Shown: piece by piece, positions 19,848 to 55,255 of the stretch
Layout: every line of letters starts with the position of its first letter
Numbering within the stretch: the stretch's first letter is position 1
Source: the human T2T-CHM13v2.0 reference genome, Homo sapiens
Assembly: GCF_009914755.1 (NCBI RefSeq)
Contig: NC_060943.1
Strand: one strand, 5' to 3'
Length of the DNA stretch: 64,000 nucleotides
Made by a program: the position numbers and the translations under genes
Notes under the pieces: generated by a model
Databases searched by the model: none
What the model saw: only the letters and a program-made list of their open reading frames with translations
What the model was told of the DNA's origin: nothing

Positions 19848-20024
19848 TAGTCTCGAACTCCTGACCTCAGTTGATCTGCCCGCCTTGGCCTCCCAAAGTG
19901 CTGGCATTACAAGGTGTGAGAAATGGCACCTGGCCTCCACTACTATTTCTAATGCCTGCCTTGTGTTCCATTCTGTGGCTCACCAATATCAGCCTGCCAA
20001 TCTTTTAATTGCTGGGACAGGCTA

Positions 20025-20219
<195 letters not shown>

Positions 20220-20612
20220 TCACCTGAGCCTGGGAGTTTGAGGCTGCAGCAAGCCATGATCATGCCACTGTACTCCAGCCTATCTCAAATAAAGAAATAG
20301 ATAAATGAAAAAAAAATAAATTATTGTTGGGACATTTTGATTGCTTCCAGTTGTTTTACTTTTGTAAGCAAAGGTGAGATGAACATCCTTGTACCTTTAT
20401 CTTTTATTTTAGCGAGACTAATTAGTTCCTTGAGACACATTATTGGATGTTGAAGAGTGGTTTAATGAGTGTGCACTCTAAAAATTCTGATAGGGCTGGG
20501 CGCGGTGGCTCACGCCTGTAATCTCAGCACTTTCCGAGGCCGAGGTGGGCGGATCACGAGGTCAGGAGATTGAGACCATCCTGGCTAACGCGGTGAAACC
20601 CTGTCTCTACTA

Positions 20613-20963
<351 letters not shown>

Positions 20964-21692
20964 TCAACAAGTTGACTATTAAAAATAACCAATAAAACTT
21001 GTTTGGTATTTGGAAACTAATAAACCCAGTTTAAGGACAAATGACAAATAAGGACAAATGTTATACTATAAAAACATATTTATAACAAATATGACAAAGG
21101 ATTAATAGCCTCAATATAGAAAGAACACTTGTAAATGAATTTTTGAAAATAACTCAGGAAAATCAAAAGTTAAGAGCATAAACAGATTGTTTACAAAAGA
21201 AATGCAAATGGCCAATAAATAGATGAGGAAAATATCTTTCTCCATTGGAAATCAAAGAAGGGTAAAATAATAAATAAATGATAGGGATACTGAGACACAG
21301 ATAGACTAAGTAACTCATTCAACATCACACATCAGTAAATGGCAGAGCCTGCATTTGAACCCAGGTTGTCTGGCTCCCGAGTCTGTTTGACAGCCTCTTT
21401 CTGTTTTCACAGGTGAGGAAACAGGCCTAGAGAGGTAAAGTGTCTAGCCCAGATTCTCTCAGTCAGTCAGAGGAATTACTTAGCTTCAAACTTGTATCTG
21501 AGTCATTCCTTGGCTCAGGGAGTGACTCAGACACAAGGGTCTTTGTGGGAGTTCCCCCTGTCCCAGTCCCAGAACAGAGCCATCACTCAGCTGTCTCCTG
21601 CACAGCCTCTGCAGGCTTTTCCCCCTGAGGCCCCAGGCAGTGTTTGGGGAAGGACGATTGGATGACTCACCATGGGATCTGCTTATCTTCAG

Positions 21693-21821
21693 GTTCTCTG
21701 GGTGCCCTGCAGACCTTTGGATCCTGCCACCTTGCTGGACGGGAGGGCTCTCTAGCTCCTGCCAGCCCTTAGAGCCACAGGACCTTGGTCACAACATCTA
21801 CAGAAGGCCCTGCAGCTAAGT
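21693..21821 (+). other. Candidate non-coding 5'UTR exon of ZNF793
   Basis: cttatcttcAG acceptor and agt|GTGAGT donor in unique sequence upstream of the ATG exon; inferred from splice signals only. Confidence 0.45.
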
Positions 21822-22394
21822 GTGAGTTACTGTTGAGAGATGGAGCTGTGAGTGCCTGGGCAGGCCAGGTTAAAGACACTGTCCAGGAGAAGGGAACTTG
21901 GGATGAAAATTCCCTTCTGAAGGAATCACTCAGACCCCATACCTCTTGTCAGAGCAAAGACTCCCACATAAAAGGAAATAGCTTCATCCCTGAGCCAGAA
22001 GCTGAGCAAGACCAAACCTGAAGACGTTACTCTTTCCAGGGACTCTCCATGGCTAAATGAAGGGAGGATGGTTGGCCCAAGATCCAGGAAGACAGAGTGA
22101 AGGGAGAGGTAGGGAGGCCAGAGTCTCATGGCGGGTGCGATAGGCATGTTCTTTCAGGAGAAGGGGGCATCTTTCTAGCCCATTGCGTTCTGCTATCTTG
22201 TGGTATGGGGTGTGGCCCATCTGCTTCTTTATTCTTGCTGGACCTCTCTAGACTTGCTCTCCCGTCATTTTTGGCACCTCACCTGGCCTCTAGGAATGTG
22301 ATTAGTTCACTCCATCCTGACTCAGAGGCAGAAATGGCCCTGGATTCTCAGAATGGTGGTGGTGGCAGAATTTATGGACCTACTGTATATAATT

Positions 22395-23252
<858 letters not shown>

Positions 23253-23675
23253 TTTGTTTTTAACTAAACATTTTATTTGGAAATTTTTTTCCAAAAAAAA
23301 GCAAGAATATTTCTGTGGTCTCCTATGTATTCCTTACCTAGATTCATCTATATAAAGCCATGTTTGCATGTCCTCTCTTTCTATATACAAATATATATGT
23401 ATATAGATAATTATGTTATATCATAAATATATCATTCCTATTCTTTCTTTAACTACTTAAGACTAACTTGCAGACATGATGCTCCTTTACCCATAAGTAC
23501 TTCAGGGTATATTTTCTAAGAATAAGAACTTTTTTTTATGTAACCAGTAGTTTTCAAAACCAGGCATTTGACACTGATTACAAAGTCAGTGTTATAATGA
23601 TTTAATAATCATGATAACTAGATTAATGTAGACCATAGACTAGATTAATCCAGTCTACAATCAGATGTCAACTAA

Positions 23676-23834
<159 letters not shown>

Positions 23835-24918
23835 TAGCTGGGATTACAGGTGCCTGCCAGCACACCCGGCAAATTTTTGTATTTTTAGTAGAGATGGGGT
23901 TTCACCATGTTGGCCAGGCTGGTCTCGAACTCCTGACCTCAGGCGATGTACCCACCTCGGCCTCCCAAAGTGCTGGGATTACAGGGGTGAGCCACTGTGC
24001 CCGGGCCTATAGCAACTATTCTTTTCTTTTTCCATTCCAGGATCTAATCCAGGATCATATGCTGCCTTTAGGTGACACATCCCTTTAGTCTCCTTTAATC
24101 AGGAGCAGTTTCTCAGTGTTCATCTTCCATGAAGTCGACATTTTTGAAGAGTATAGGTAGGTTATTTTGTATATTGTAACTCAGTATGGTTTTGTCTGAT
24201 GTCTCCTCATTGATTAGGTTCAGGTATGCATTTGGGGTGTGAACACCACAGAAGGGATGTTGTACCCTTCACAGTGCATTATATCAGGAGGCACATGATG
24301 TCTTATATCTCATTACTGGTCACGTTAACTGATCACTTGACTAAGTGATACTGCCAAGTTTTTCCAAGGCAAAGTTACTTCTTTTCCTTTTATAATCATT
24401 AAATGTCTTGGGGTGTGGGGCATTTAGATACTATGGCAACCATGCTTTATGGTCTATGCTTTATGACCTATATAATATTTCAAAGTATTTGAAACAAATA
24501 AGAGATAAAGGGTATTTATTTGTTTGTTTATTTATTTATTTAATTTTTGAGACAGGGTCTTACTCTGTCACCTAGGCCAGATTGCAGTAGTGGGATCATG
24601 GCTCACTGCAGCTTTGACCTCCTAGGCTCAAGTGATCCCCCCACCTCAGCCTCCTGGGTAGCTGGGACTATAGGTGTGCAACACCATACCTGGCTAATTT
24701 TTTATCTTTTTTTGTAGAGACGGGGCTTTGCCATATTGCCCAGGCTGGTCCCTAACTCCTGGCCTCAAATAAGGTGTAAGCCACCACACCCAGCTAAAAG
24801 CATGGATTTTTGTACAATATTTACAAAGGGAATTTGCAATTTCCAAGACAGGCCTAGCTCTTTACACTCTGTTCTCTGTTCTCTCTTTCTCCATCTTCTT
24901 CCCCCCACATGTCTACAG

Positions 24919-24948
24919 GTGTCAGATCTTTTTCAAGAACAGCAGAAA

Positions 24949-24963
<15 letters not shown>
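24919..24963 (+). CDS. ZNF793: Start-codon exon; ATG at 24949, encodes MIEYQ
   Basis: Pyrimidine tract plus ctacAG acceptor at 24917-18; cagaaaATGatcgaataccag|GTAAGT donor at 24964. Typical short KRAB-ZNF first coding exon. Confidence 0.88.
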
Positions 24964-40007
<15,044 letters not shown>

Positions 40008-41099
40008 TAGGCTGGTCTCGAACTCCTGACCTCGTGATACCCCCCAACCCCCCGCCCTTGGCCTCCCAAAGTGTTGGGATTACAGGCATGAGCCAACGCG
40101 CCCAACCGACAGTGTTGTATCATAATGGAAATCATGATCTAATTGTGATACAAACTTTTCTAGAAAATACTTTCTCAAACATAAGCATGGACACCCTGGC
40201 ATGTAAACGTTTAAAAATGTATTAAATGGAATAACAGCAGAATACAAAATATCTGTGAAGAGACTTAAAGGCATACTCTGGTATATTCCACAGTGAGCCA
40301 TACAATCAGCATTATTTGTATTTTGGAGTTGTAAATGTGAAATTAACATAAAATGTGAATATCAGACACATGTCACACAACATATAGAATGCCATTCAGA
40401 AAACTTTTCCACTTTAAATATCATCATTGTCTTTTGATGTCTTAACAATACAAAAAAATAACAACAACATGGCCCACTATTGTTAAAAGAACTTTATTAT
40501 ACCAGCTACATTTTTCCACCTTTTTGTAATACATGTAAATGGCTATAGAGGTTGTTACTGTCCTCTGCAGAAATAATAAAGCAGTGTTTTTAAATGTATT
40601 TTGATAATTTGGCCAAAAATTTTACTAAAATGTAGTTATTTATATTAAAAATGCAAGCTAAGGAATAGTTTAAGAACCTGATACTGGGTAAATGAAACAC
40701 TGTAAACTATTTGACAAAATGTAGTGTCACCCTGGTGTACAGTACACTGTTCATATTTTCTTAGTCTTGCTTAAAATATCTTGTAGCAAATTAGTAGCAT
40801 TGCTACACTATTCTAGATACACTATTCTATATACAGGTTGTATAACTCAGAAATGTTTCATGCATAGACCACTGAAGGAGAATTTCTTTTCTCTCTATCC
40901 CTCTGCAAATTAATTCAAGAATATTCATTTTTTTCATATAAATTTCCTTGCAAGTGTCCTAGACACTAAATCCCAAGGTTTTAATTATTTCAATGTTTGG
41001 AAAGAAGTCTGCTTCCCTGAGTTGCTATGTCATCCATATAAGAAAATAAATGGCCATGTGGAATCTACATTTTTCAAGATTTCCCTCCATGTAAGACTG

Positions 41100-45120
<4,021 letters not shown>

Positions 45121-45126
45121 AATAAA
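45121..45126 (+). terminator. Candidate distal polyadenylation signal of ZNF793 (other AATAAA at 40575, 41045, 41224)
   Basis: AATAAA hexamers downstream of the stop; which one is used cannot be determined from sequence. Confidence 0.4.
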
Positions 45127-45894
45127 GGGGGAAAACATTTCAAACTGAATGAAGCCTTGAAAATGTTTCCATTTTCTGACAAGATGGCACCCTGACTTGG
45201 TCTAGGGTTGAGGTTAGGGTTATGGAAATGACGTCTTGTCACCTTTGCTGCATTCTACTAGAAACAAGTCATAGGTCCCAGCCATACTCAAAGAGAAGGA
45301 ATTATACATGAGAGTAATTTCCTTCTCCAGACTACCAGGCAGCAGAGATCATTGGGGGCCATCTTGGAGTCTACCCACCTCATCAGCGAAACACTTATTT
45401 GAAACTAGGGAGGAGTGAGGATGGCAACTGTGTTGGAACAGTAGTTTAAGTAAGCCACATACTTGCTGCTGGGCACCATGAGTGCACAGATTCTAGATGT
45501 GCTTGCTGGAAGTTCTCCACTAAACAGAAGTATTCATTTATCCACAAGTATATACTGAGTGCTTACTATGAACTGGACACTGTTCTAGGATCTGGGGATA
45601 AAGCAGTAAACAGAAAGAAATGTTGATAATTGTCAGGAAGCAAAATGAAATAGGAGGGGAGTTAAATTTTAGATGCAGTAACCAGGAAAGCCCTCAAAAT
45701 GATCTCTGCATTAAGACCTAAAGGGAATGAGAGATGTAATAATGCAACTGTCTAGAAAATTGTATTCTAGGCAGAGGGAACAGCAAATGCAAAAATGCAA
45801 ACACCCTAAGGGAATGTGTCTGGAGTGTTGGAGACCAGAAAGGAAGGTGTATTCTTGTTGAATAACAAATTGTCCCCCAAACTTAGTGACCTAA

Positions 45895-46737
<843 letters not shown>

Positions 46738-47299
46738 TGAAAATGGTCGTCCCCAGGGAGAAACAGCTAAATGGGTGCAGCTACCTGGTTTCACCGCATA
46801 GACGCAATTAATTACTCAGCATCTCACACTATAATGGGGCGCCCTGGGCATTTAGCTACACAGCGGAAAGCCACACCTGAGTGTGTGTGGCAGCCTTGGG
46901 GCGAGGTGGAGAGGGTTGTAGCAGTGGCCCTGCCGCCACAGAAGGAGAGATGTCCTTTGAGGAAACCATGGCAATGTGTGGTCTTGCGGAGAGATGGGGC
47001 TTAGGAATTGGATGCAATTGACTGAAAATGGGAAGTGGGTGGCAGGAATGGGGTTTAGGAATTGGGGGAGGAGAATCAGTTCTGGGATGTAGTGATAAAG
47101 AGGTCCAAGGAATGATTGCATGCAGATACTTGGTTTTCAATGATTCAGGAGTCCAGAGAAGGCTATAATTGGTATGGGTGTCCCAGTGGGTCAGGTATCC
47201 GAGGTCTTGGAATTTGGGAGAGTGGTAGTCTCTGGGATATGGGATGTGGGGAGTCTAAGGAGTCAATAAGGGATCTAAAGGGTTGGTGATAGGTGACTT

Positions 47300-47980
47300 C
47301 TTTATTGTGGTAAAATACATAAATAATACAATTTACCATTTAAATCACTTTAAAGTGTATAATTCAGTGACATTATTACACTTACGGTGTTGTGCAACCA
47401 TCACTACAATCTAGTTCCAGAAATTTTTCATCACCCCAAAAAGAAACCCTGTATCCATTAAGCAGTCACTTCCCATTCTTCCCACCCCTTCCTTCCCCAA
47501 ACTCCTGGCATCCACTAATCTGCTGTCTCTAGTCTCTAATGATTTACCTATTCTGGATATTTCATATAAATAGAATTACACAGTATATAGCGTATTAACA
47601 AACTGTCCTCAAAGTTCCTTCATGTTGTAACATGCCTCAGTACTTCATTCCTTTTTATGACTGAATAATATTCCATTGCATGGGTAATACCATCAGTTGG
47701 TGGACATTTGAGTTGCTTCCAATGAGAGGATTATCTGAGTATTGTGAAATGTACTGCTATGAACATTCTTGTACAAGTTTATGTTTAAACACCTTATTCA
47801 ATTATTTTGGGCATATACCTAGAAGTGAAATTGCTGGATTATATGGTAATTCTATGATTAACTTATGAAGAAATAACCAAACTGTGTTTTTTTTTTTACA
47901 GTGGCTGTACCTTTTTATATTACAACCAGTAATGCACAAGGGTTCCAGTTTCTTCACAACCTCGCCATCCATCATTTGTT
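47300..47980 (-). mobile_element. L1MB-type 3'-end fragment
   Basis: cacttacggtgttgtgcaaccatcact...ttccagaaatttttcatcacccc...gaagtgaaattgctggatt. Confidence 0.75.
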
Positions 47981-47982
47981 AT

Positions 47983-49022
47983 AATCATGTGCCACATAAT
48001 GATGTTTTGGTCAATGAGGGACCACATATACAGTAGTGGTCCCATAAGATTATAGCAGAGCTGAAAATTTTCTTTTTATAAAATTGTATTTATTATTATT
48101 ATTTTTTTTCCAACTTTTATGGAGCTGAAAAGTTTATACTGCCTAATGACATTTTGATGATCCTGGCACTGTGTGTACCTAGGCTAATGTGTTTGTGTCT
48201 TAGTTTTTAACAAAAAAGTCTGGAGGCTGAGGCAAGAGAATTGCTTGATCTGCCCTATTAATTGCAATTTTCACAGTTAACTAGTACTATTTTTATTTAA
48301 ATAATATTACCTGGGAAGCGGAGGTTGCAGTGAGTTAAGATCACGCCACTGCACTCCAGCCTGGGCGAGAGAGTGAGACTCTGTCTCAAAATAAAATAAA
48401 ATTAAATTAAAATAAAAAAATTAAAAAAATTTTTAAGTAGAAGATTATAGAATAAGGATATAAAGAAAATATTTGTGTACAGCTATACAATGTGTTTGAA
48501 GCTAATTTATTACAAGAGAGTCAAAACATTTTTAAAAATTAAAAGGTTTATAAAGAAATTATAGTAAGCTAAGGTTAATTTATTACCGACAAAAAAATTC
48601 AAATAAATTTAGTGTAGCCTAAGCATACAGTACATATAAAGTCTACAGTAGTATACAGTACTGCCCTAGCCTTCACATTCACTCACCGCTCAGTCACTGA
48701 CTCACCCGGAGTAACTTCCAGTCTTGCAAGCTCCATCCACGGTAAGTGCTGTATACCGGTATACGATTTCTTATCTTTTATACCATATTTTTACTGTACC
48801 CTTTCTATGTTTAGACATGTTTAGATACACAAATACCATTGAGTATAATTGTTTACAGTATCCAGGCAATTTGGATTTGTAGCCTCGAAGTGATAGGCTG
48901 TACCATCAGGCTACATCATCTAGGTTTGTGTATGTACACTCTATAATGTTCACATAATGATGAAGTCACCTAACCATGCATTACTCAGAAAGTATCCACA
49001 GAATTACACAATGCATGACCAT
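47983..49022 (+). mobile_element. Tigger3-family (TcMar) DNA transposon with an internal Alu fragment
   Basis: Start tcatgtgccacataatgatgttttggtcaatg...ggtcccataagattat; end ctcagaaagtatcc...tgcatgac. Confidence 0.7.
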
Positions 49023-50559
49023 ATTTACATTCTGCTTTTTAAAAATCTTAAATTAGGCTGGATGTGGTGGCTCACGCCTGTGATCCCAACACTTTGAGAC
49101 ACCAAGGCAGGCAGATCACTTGAGCCCAGGAGTTTGAGACCAGCCTGGGCAACATCGCAAAACCCCATCCCAACAAAAAAATACAAGAAATTAGCTGGGT
49201 GTGGTGATGCACACCTGTGGTCCCAGATACTCAGGAGTCTGAGGCAGGAGGATTATCTGAGCCTGGAGAGGTGGAGTCTGCAGTGAACCATAATTGCACC
49301 ACAGCACTCCAGACTGTGTGACAGAATGAGACCCTGTCTCGAAAAAAATCTTAAATTTATGTATCTTAAGAATATACATTAATATAGAGTTTAAATATCA
49401 AATAAAGAGGGTTTTTTAAAGTTGAAACAATGTATCAGAGGATAAAAAACCATAAAACATTTGTTTAAATTTAAAGGATTTGTTTAATCTGCCCTATTAA
49501 TTGCAATTTTCACAGTTAACTAGTACTATTTTTTATTTAAATAATAGTATGTATGTAACAGAATAGTAAAGATGTAACCTGTGGATGCTGTTTTACAGCA
49601 GCAGAAACTGGAACACATGCAGTCTCATGATTGTCCTACTCTTTTGCCAGATCATTGCATTGTCTGCCCAGGCACCCCTCATCCCATCTCTCTCCATCCC
49701 TTTTCTTACCTTTTCATGTTCCTTGTCTTTTCATGACAGCATTTATCAATGTCTGAAAGTAGAATGTTGTTGATTGACTCTCTCTTCAACTAGAACATAA
49801 GCAATGAGCGGCCCAGCCTTTGTCCCACACACTGCAGTGTGTCCCACTTCTAAGAAAGTGTCCAACACACAGCAGGAACTCAGTCAGCATTTCTTGAATG
49901 AATTAAGTGAAGTGATGCATACAGGCCACATTCTGAGCTGCTGGAGGAGCCAGTAGTTGATTACCAAACTCTAGTCCTTTATCTTGGTGTCCTGATGTCC
50001 TGACTGATACACAGTTTGTAGGCAAATAGCTGGTGGGGTTTAGTAGTATGGGATAGAATAAAGGGAGATGTAATTGGGACACTCTCCACATTATCTGCCC
50101 CCATGAAAAGCTAGTTCCAGGTGTTGCCATCTCTGCCCCACACTGGGCTTGCCTTAGTCCTCGTTCCCGCCTTTTCCAGACAGCAGTGCTGAGAAGCAGG
50201 AGCCCCTGAGCTTGGAGACGCAGGAAGAGCCCTGGGAGGCCCAGATCAAAGGGAGGCAGTCAGCTCATGGAGCCGAGGAATGTTCTGCTGACACCCACCC
50301 CGAGGGTATCCGGTATGTTTCTGTGCACCAGCGACCCCTCCACACCTCACCAGATTGGTTCCCCAGCCCCGTGGGACCCAATTCCGGGTCAATTCCAATT
50401 TGATTCCAGTCCAGAATCAAATCAGAAGAGCAATCCCGAGTGCCCACCTCACGGTCTGAAGCACCTCCTCCTACACCCGGACCCAAACACGAGGTCGGCT
50501 CAAGGAGGCACTGAGGTCACGACAGTCAGGGTCCTGCGCTGCTTGTCGCATGCAGTCTC

Positions 50560-50980
50560 CTTCCCCGAACCGCCGCCTGCACGGCCTCCACTGTTTTCCT
50601 ATTGGGCTGCAGCCTGAGAGCCCTGACAATGCGGCCCACAAACCGGGAACGCGAAAGTGCACGTACCAGGCGCGATCACCAGGCGCTAGCGCTGAGGGGG
50701 GACTCGCGTCACAGTAACCGCCACCGTTGCCGGGGGACTGGCCCCAGCGGCTTGGCCCCCAGGCGTCTGTGGCAGTGCGTCCCCTCTCCGCGGGATCGTC
50801 GCCATGGTCCTGCGATCCTAGGAGTCGGGCAAGGCCGAACCTGCCTGAAGAAACCTCAAGCGGAGATTCAAGGAAGCACCACGTGATCCCTAAGGATCCC
50901 AAAGATGCGTCGGGCATGCATGGGCGGTGTGAGGGTGCGTCTCCCTGACAGGTGTCCCCGCTGGGATTTCGAGGTACGGC
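50560..50980 (+). promoter_or_regulatory. CpG island and candidate first exon, copy 1 (probably the ZNF571-AS1 start)
   Basis: CpG-dense; donor cgag|GTACGG at 50974. Gene assignment from recalled gene order only. Confidence 0.5.
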
Positions 50981-53029
50981 CTGCCTGTGTTCCCCGGGGC
51001 GCTCTCTTTCCGGAGGGGTTTCCTGGCAGAGAGCAGAACCGCGCAGCCTCAGGAGCTGCCTGGCTGTGTGTGTTTCTGTGCGACTGTTGGATGTTTCCGT
51101 GTGTCTTTCTGTGTGTGCGTGTGAGTGTGTGTGTGGTGTGCGGTGAAAGAAATGTGGCTCGTGCAGTGAAGCGCGGTTTCTCTGTAGTTCGCCTACGCTC
51201 TGATGCGCCCGTCTCTTTGGCCGGGCTTGGGTTGCGGGGCAAGCGTTCTTTGTTTCGCTCTTGGTTCCTAAAGCCTCGGTGAAGTGGGGGGCTGGCTGCG
51301 ACCCGCAAACGTCCAAATCACCTCCCCTCCCAAGCCGCCCACTCTTCCAGAAAGAAGACCAGCACACGACAACCAAGAACAAATTCCTCCAGGGGCCCAT
51401 GGTCCTGTGGCACACCCAAGGCTGGACGGACCCTAGCTGTCCTGTCCTCAGTACCCCCTTGAGCCCACTTCTAATTCGGTGGCTGGCGGAGTCGCAGCTT
51501 CAGGACCTGAGGCGGGCACTCCTTCATCCTCTTCAGATTTCATTCTGGATTAAAGGATGTGTGCAGAAAAAAGGTCAGATGGGGGTGAAGATACAATCCG
51601 CTGAGGTGTGGAGGAGGTCTCGCACCTTCACCTGCAGAACAGGTGCAGACAGATGTCAAAGAAACTGTTTCCAACGCCATCCCCTTTTCCTCTTCACTGT
51701 ACAACCTGTCCACACCATGGCGCTGTGCTGGCGATAGAAGACACGAGTGTTTGGAGAACCTTTGGACCGAAGACTGTCGCCTTTCTGGCCAGGTCCCCTG
51801 TTGGACCCTGGTTCCCCGAGGCACATGGGAGTGGGATGGATTGATCCTGCCTGGGCTGCGGCCTCTACTCTGTTCTCCCTCTTTTCTTGCCTTCCCTGAT
51901 TCTCGTCGGCCCAGGTTTTCCTTGGTCTGGCTCACAGTCCTCCAGAACGTCCTTCACAGCAAATGTTTCCCAGTTCGTCCAGGACCACCTTGGCGGGGAC
52001 GTAGGTGATGAGTGTTTCCTTCTCAACACTCACATTTCTTAATGACTGGGTAGCTGTGATGCTCTTGGAACCGTGGGTGCCCGTAGCTTTCCCCAATAAG
52101 GAAACTCTTGGTCTCCCCATTGCATCAGATGGCTGCATGATTCACATAGAATGAGAGGTAGCCAGCCGTAGCTGGCCTTTGCCTTCTAATGAAGGCTATG
52201 TTTCATCTCATCTGCTGGTGTTTTCTCATTGTTGAGGGGTCTCCCATTGCTCTGTTCCTGGCTGGGACTGCCTCTCAGCACTGCACCTTTTCGTTGCCAG
52301 GGATTTCACGGAGCAAAAGGGACTGGGGGTTAGCTGGGTGTAGACCCGGTGGTGGGTTGTGATCCCGGTGTGGGTGCTGGATCACTTTGCAGGATCCTCT
52401 TGGCTCCTCTGGCAGGAATCCCTGGAGGAGGCTTGGACTCCGGCACAGGCCCTCCTATGGTTTCAGGTGTGCTTTGCTTGTGCTTCGCTTTCTTGGGGGT
52501 ATCCTCAGTGGCCCTCGCCAGCATGCCTGGATATCCCTTTTGGGCTTGGATTCACCCCAGAAGGCCTCTGAGACACTCTCTCCACATTTTCTGCCCCCAT
52601 GGGATGCCAGTTTTAGGTGTTGCCACCTCTGCTTCACATCGGGCTTGACTTTGTCCTTGTTCCCGCCTTTTCTGGACAGCAATGCTGAGAAGCCGAAGGC
52701 CCTGGTCTTGGAGACCAGGACAGGGCCCTGGGAGGCCCAGGTCGAAAGGGGGCCAGTCAGCTCATGGGGCGAGGGAATGTCCTGCTCACACCCTCCACTG
52801 GGGTCTCAGGTATGTTTTCCTACCCCAGCGACCCCTCAACTCCTCACCAGATTGGATCCCCAGCCCCATGGGACCTGATTCCTGCCCACACCCTCCAATC
52901 TAGAATCAAATCAGAGAGCAGTCCCGAGTGCCCACCTCAAGGTCTGAAGCGCCTCCTCCTCCACCCAGACCCGTACACGAAGTGGGCTGAAGGAGGCACT
53001 GAGGTCAGGACTGTCAGGGTCCTGCGCTG

Positions 53030-53490
53030 CTGGTCTCACGCAGCCTTCTTCCCCGGGCCGCAGCCAGCACGGCCTCCACCGTTTTCCTATGGGCCCTGAG
53101 AGCCCTGACGTTGCGGCAGCGCCAGCCGGGCACGCGAATGCGCATGCGCCAGGCGCGCGTCACCAGGCGCGACGGCTGAGCCGGGGCTCGCGTCACAGTG
53201 ACAGCCACCGTTGCCTGGGGACGGGCCCTAGCGGCTTGGCGGAGCTGGAGCCCTCCCTGGCAGTGCGTCGGCGCTGGGCTATGGCCCCCTCCTCTCCGGG
53301 GGATCGTCGCCTTGGTCCCCCGACCCTAGGAGTCGGGCAGGGCAGAACCAGGCTAAAGAAACGTCCAGCGTAGCTTCAAGGATGCACCGCGTGATCCCTA
53401 TCGGATCTCCCCGACGCGTCAGGCCTGCCTAGACGGTGCTGGGAGCGCGTCTCCTTGAACGTTGTCCCGCCTGGGATTGCGAGGTAGGTA
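53030..53490 (+). promoter_or_regulatory. CpG island and candidate first exon, copy 2 (probably the upstream ZNF540 promoter)
   Basis: CpG-dense; NRF1 motif TGCGCATGCGC at 53139-49; donor cgag|GTAGGT at 53484. Gene assignment from recalled gene order only. Confidence 0.55.
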
Positions 53491-54436
53491 CCGCCTGCCT
53501 GTGTGTACCGGGGCTGCTGTCTCCGGGGAGGGGCTTCTGGCGGACAGGAGAACCAAGCAGCCTCAGGAGCTGCCTGGGTGTGTGTGTTTCTGTGCGAGTG
53601 TTGCATATCTCTGTGTGTGTTTCTGTGCAAGTGTTGCATGTCTGTGTGTGTGTGGGGGGGGTGGTGTCTGGTGAAAAGAATGTGTCTCGTGCGGTGGAGC
53701 GCCGTTTCTCTGTAGTCCGCGGGCTCTCTTACGCGCCCTCTTGTGGTCCCAAGTGTGCTTTTCTTGTTTTTCGCTTTCTTGGGGGTCATTGATTTCAGCT
53801 CTAAGCTTAATTCCTTTTCTGAGTCTCACCTGTTTCTTTAAGTGGGAACTTAAACCATTGATATGTATTTAAAAGCATACATTTCCCTCAAAGTGCTGCT
53901 TTAGTTGCATTCCACAAAATTTTATATGCTGTTATTTTTGACTCCAAATAGGTAATTTTTTACTTGTCCCATAGTTTACTTAAATGTGTGTTGCTTAATT
54001 TGCAAACATTTTTTAATTTTGACATTAATTTCTGGCTTAATTCTACTGTGGTTAGAAAACAGATTTTCTGATTTCAATCCTTTTCAATATATTGACAATT
54101 TATGGCTCAGAATATAAACAAGCTTGCTAAAGTTCTTTGTATAAGTGAAAACACTGCTGCTGCTCTTAGGTGGACTATTCTATAAGTATCAATTACAACA
54201 AGTTGGCTATTAGCACCGTTCAGGTATCTTATATCTTTATAGATTTTCTATATACTTTTAAAAGTTAATGAGAGAACAGTATTAAAATCTCAAAATATGA
54301 TTCTGAGTTCATTTATTTTTATTTCTAGCAGTTTTTAATGTATTGTTTAGTTCTGGTACTAGGCACAAGTACTTGTATGATTGCTTTGTCTTCTTGGTCA
54401 ATACACTTCTATAGTATTATAAAATATGCCTTTTTA

Positions 54437-54909
<473 letters not shown>

Positions 54910-54917
54910 TTATATAA

Positions 54918-55255
<338 letters not shown>

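Larger units (their letters stand above)
50078..53787 (+). repeat. Tandem GC-rich macrosatellite-type units (period ~2.5 kb), SST1/NBL2-like; one long and one internally shortened copy
   Basis: 50078-51210 aligns by eye to 52572-53738 at an offset of ~2495-2530. Sequence character and period match the SST1 family from recall. Confidence 0.72.

Noticed and set aside
50471-51415. 314-aa minus-strand ORF and other overlapping ORFs at 50-53.8 kb
   Set aside because: GC-rich repeat with few stops in any frame; no recognisable domain; the paralogous unit does not keep an equivalent long ORF.
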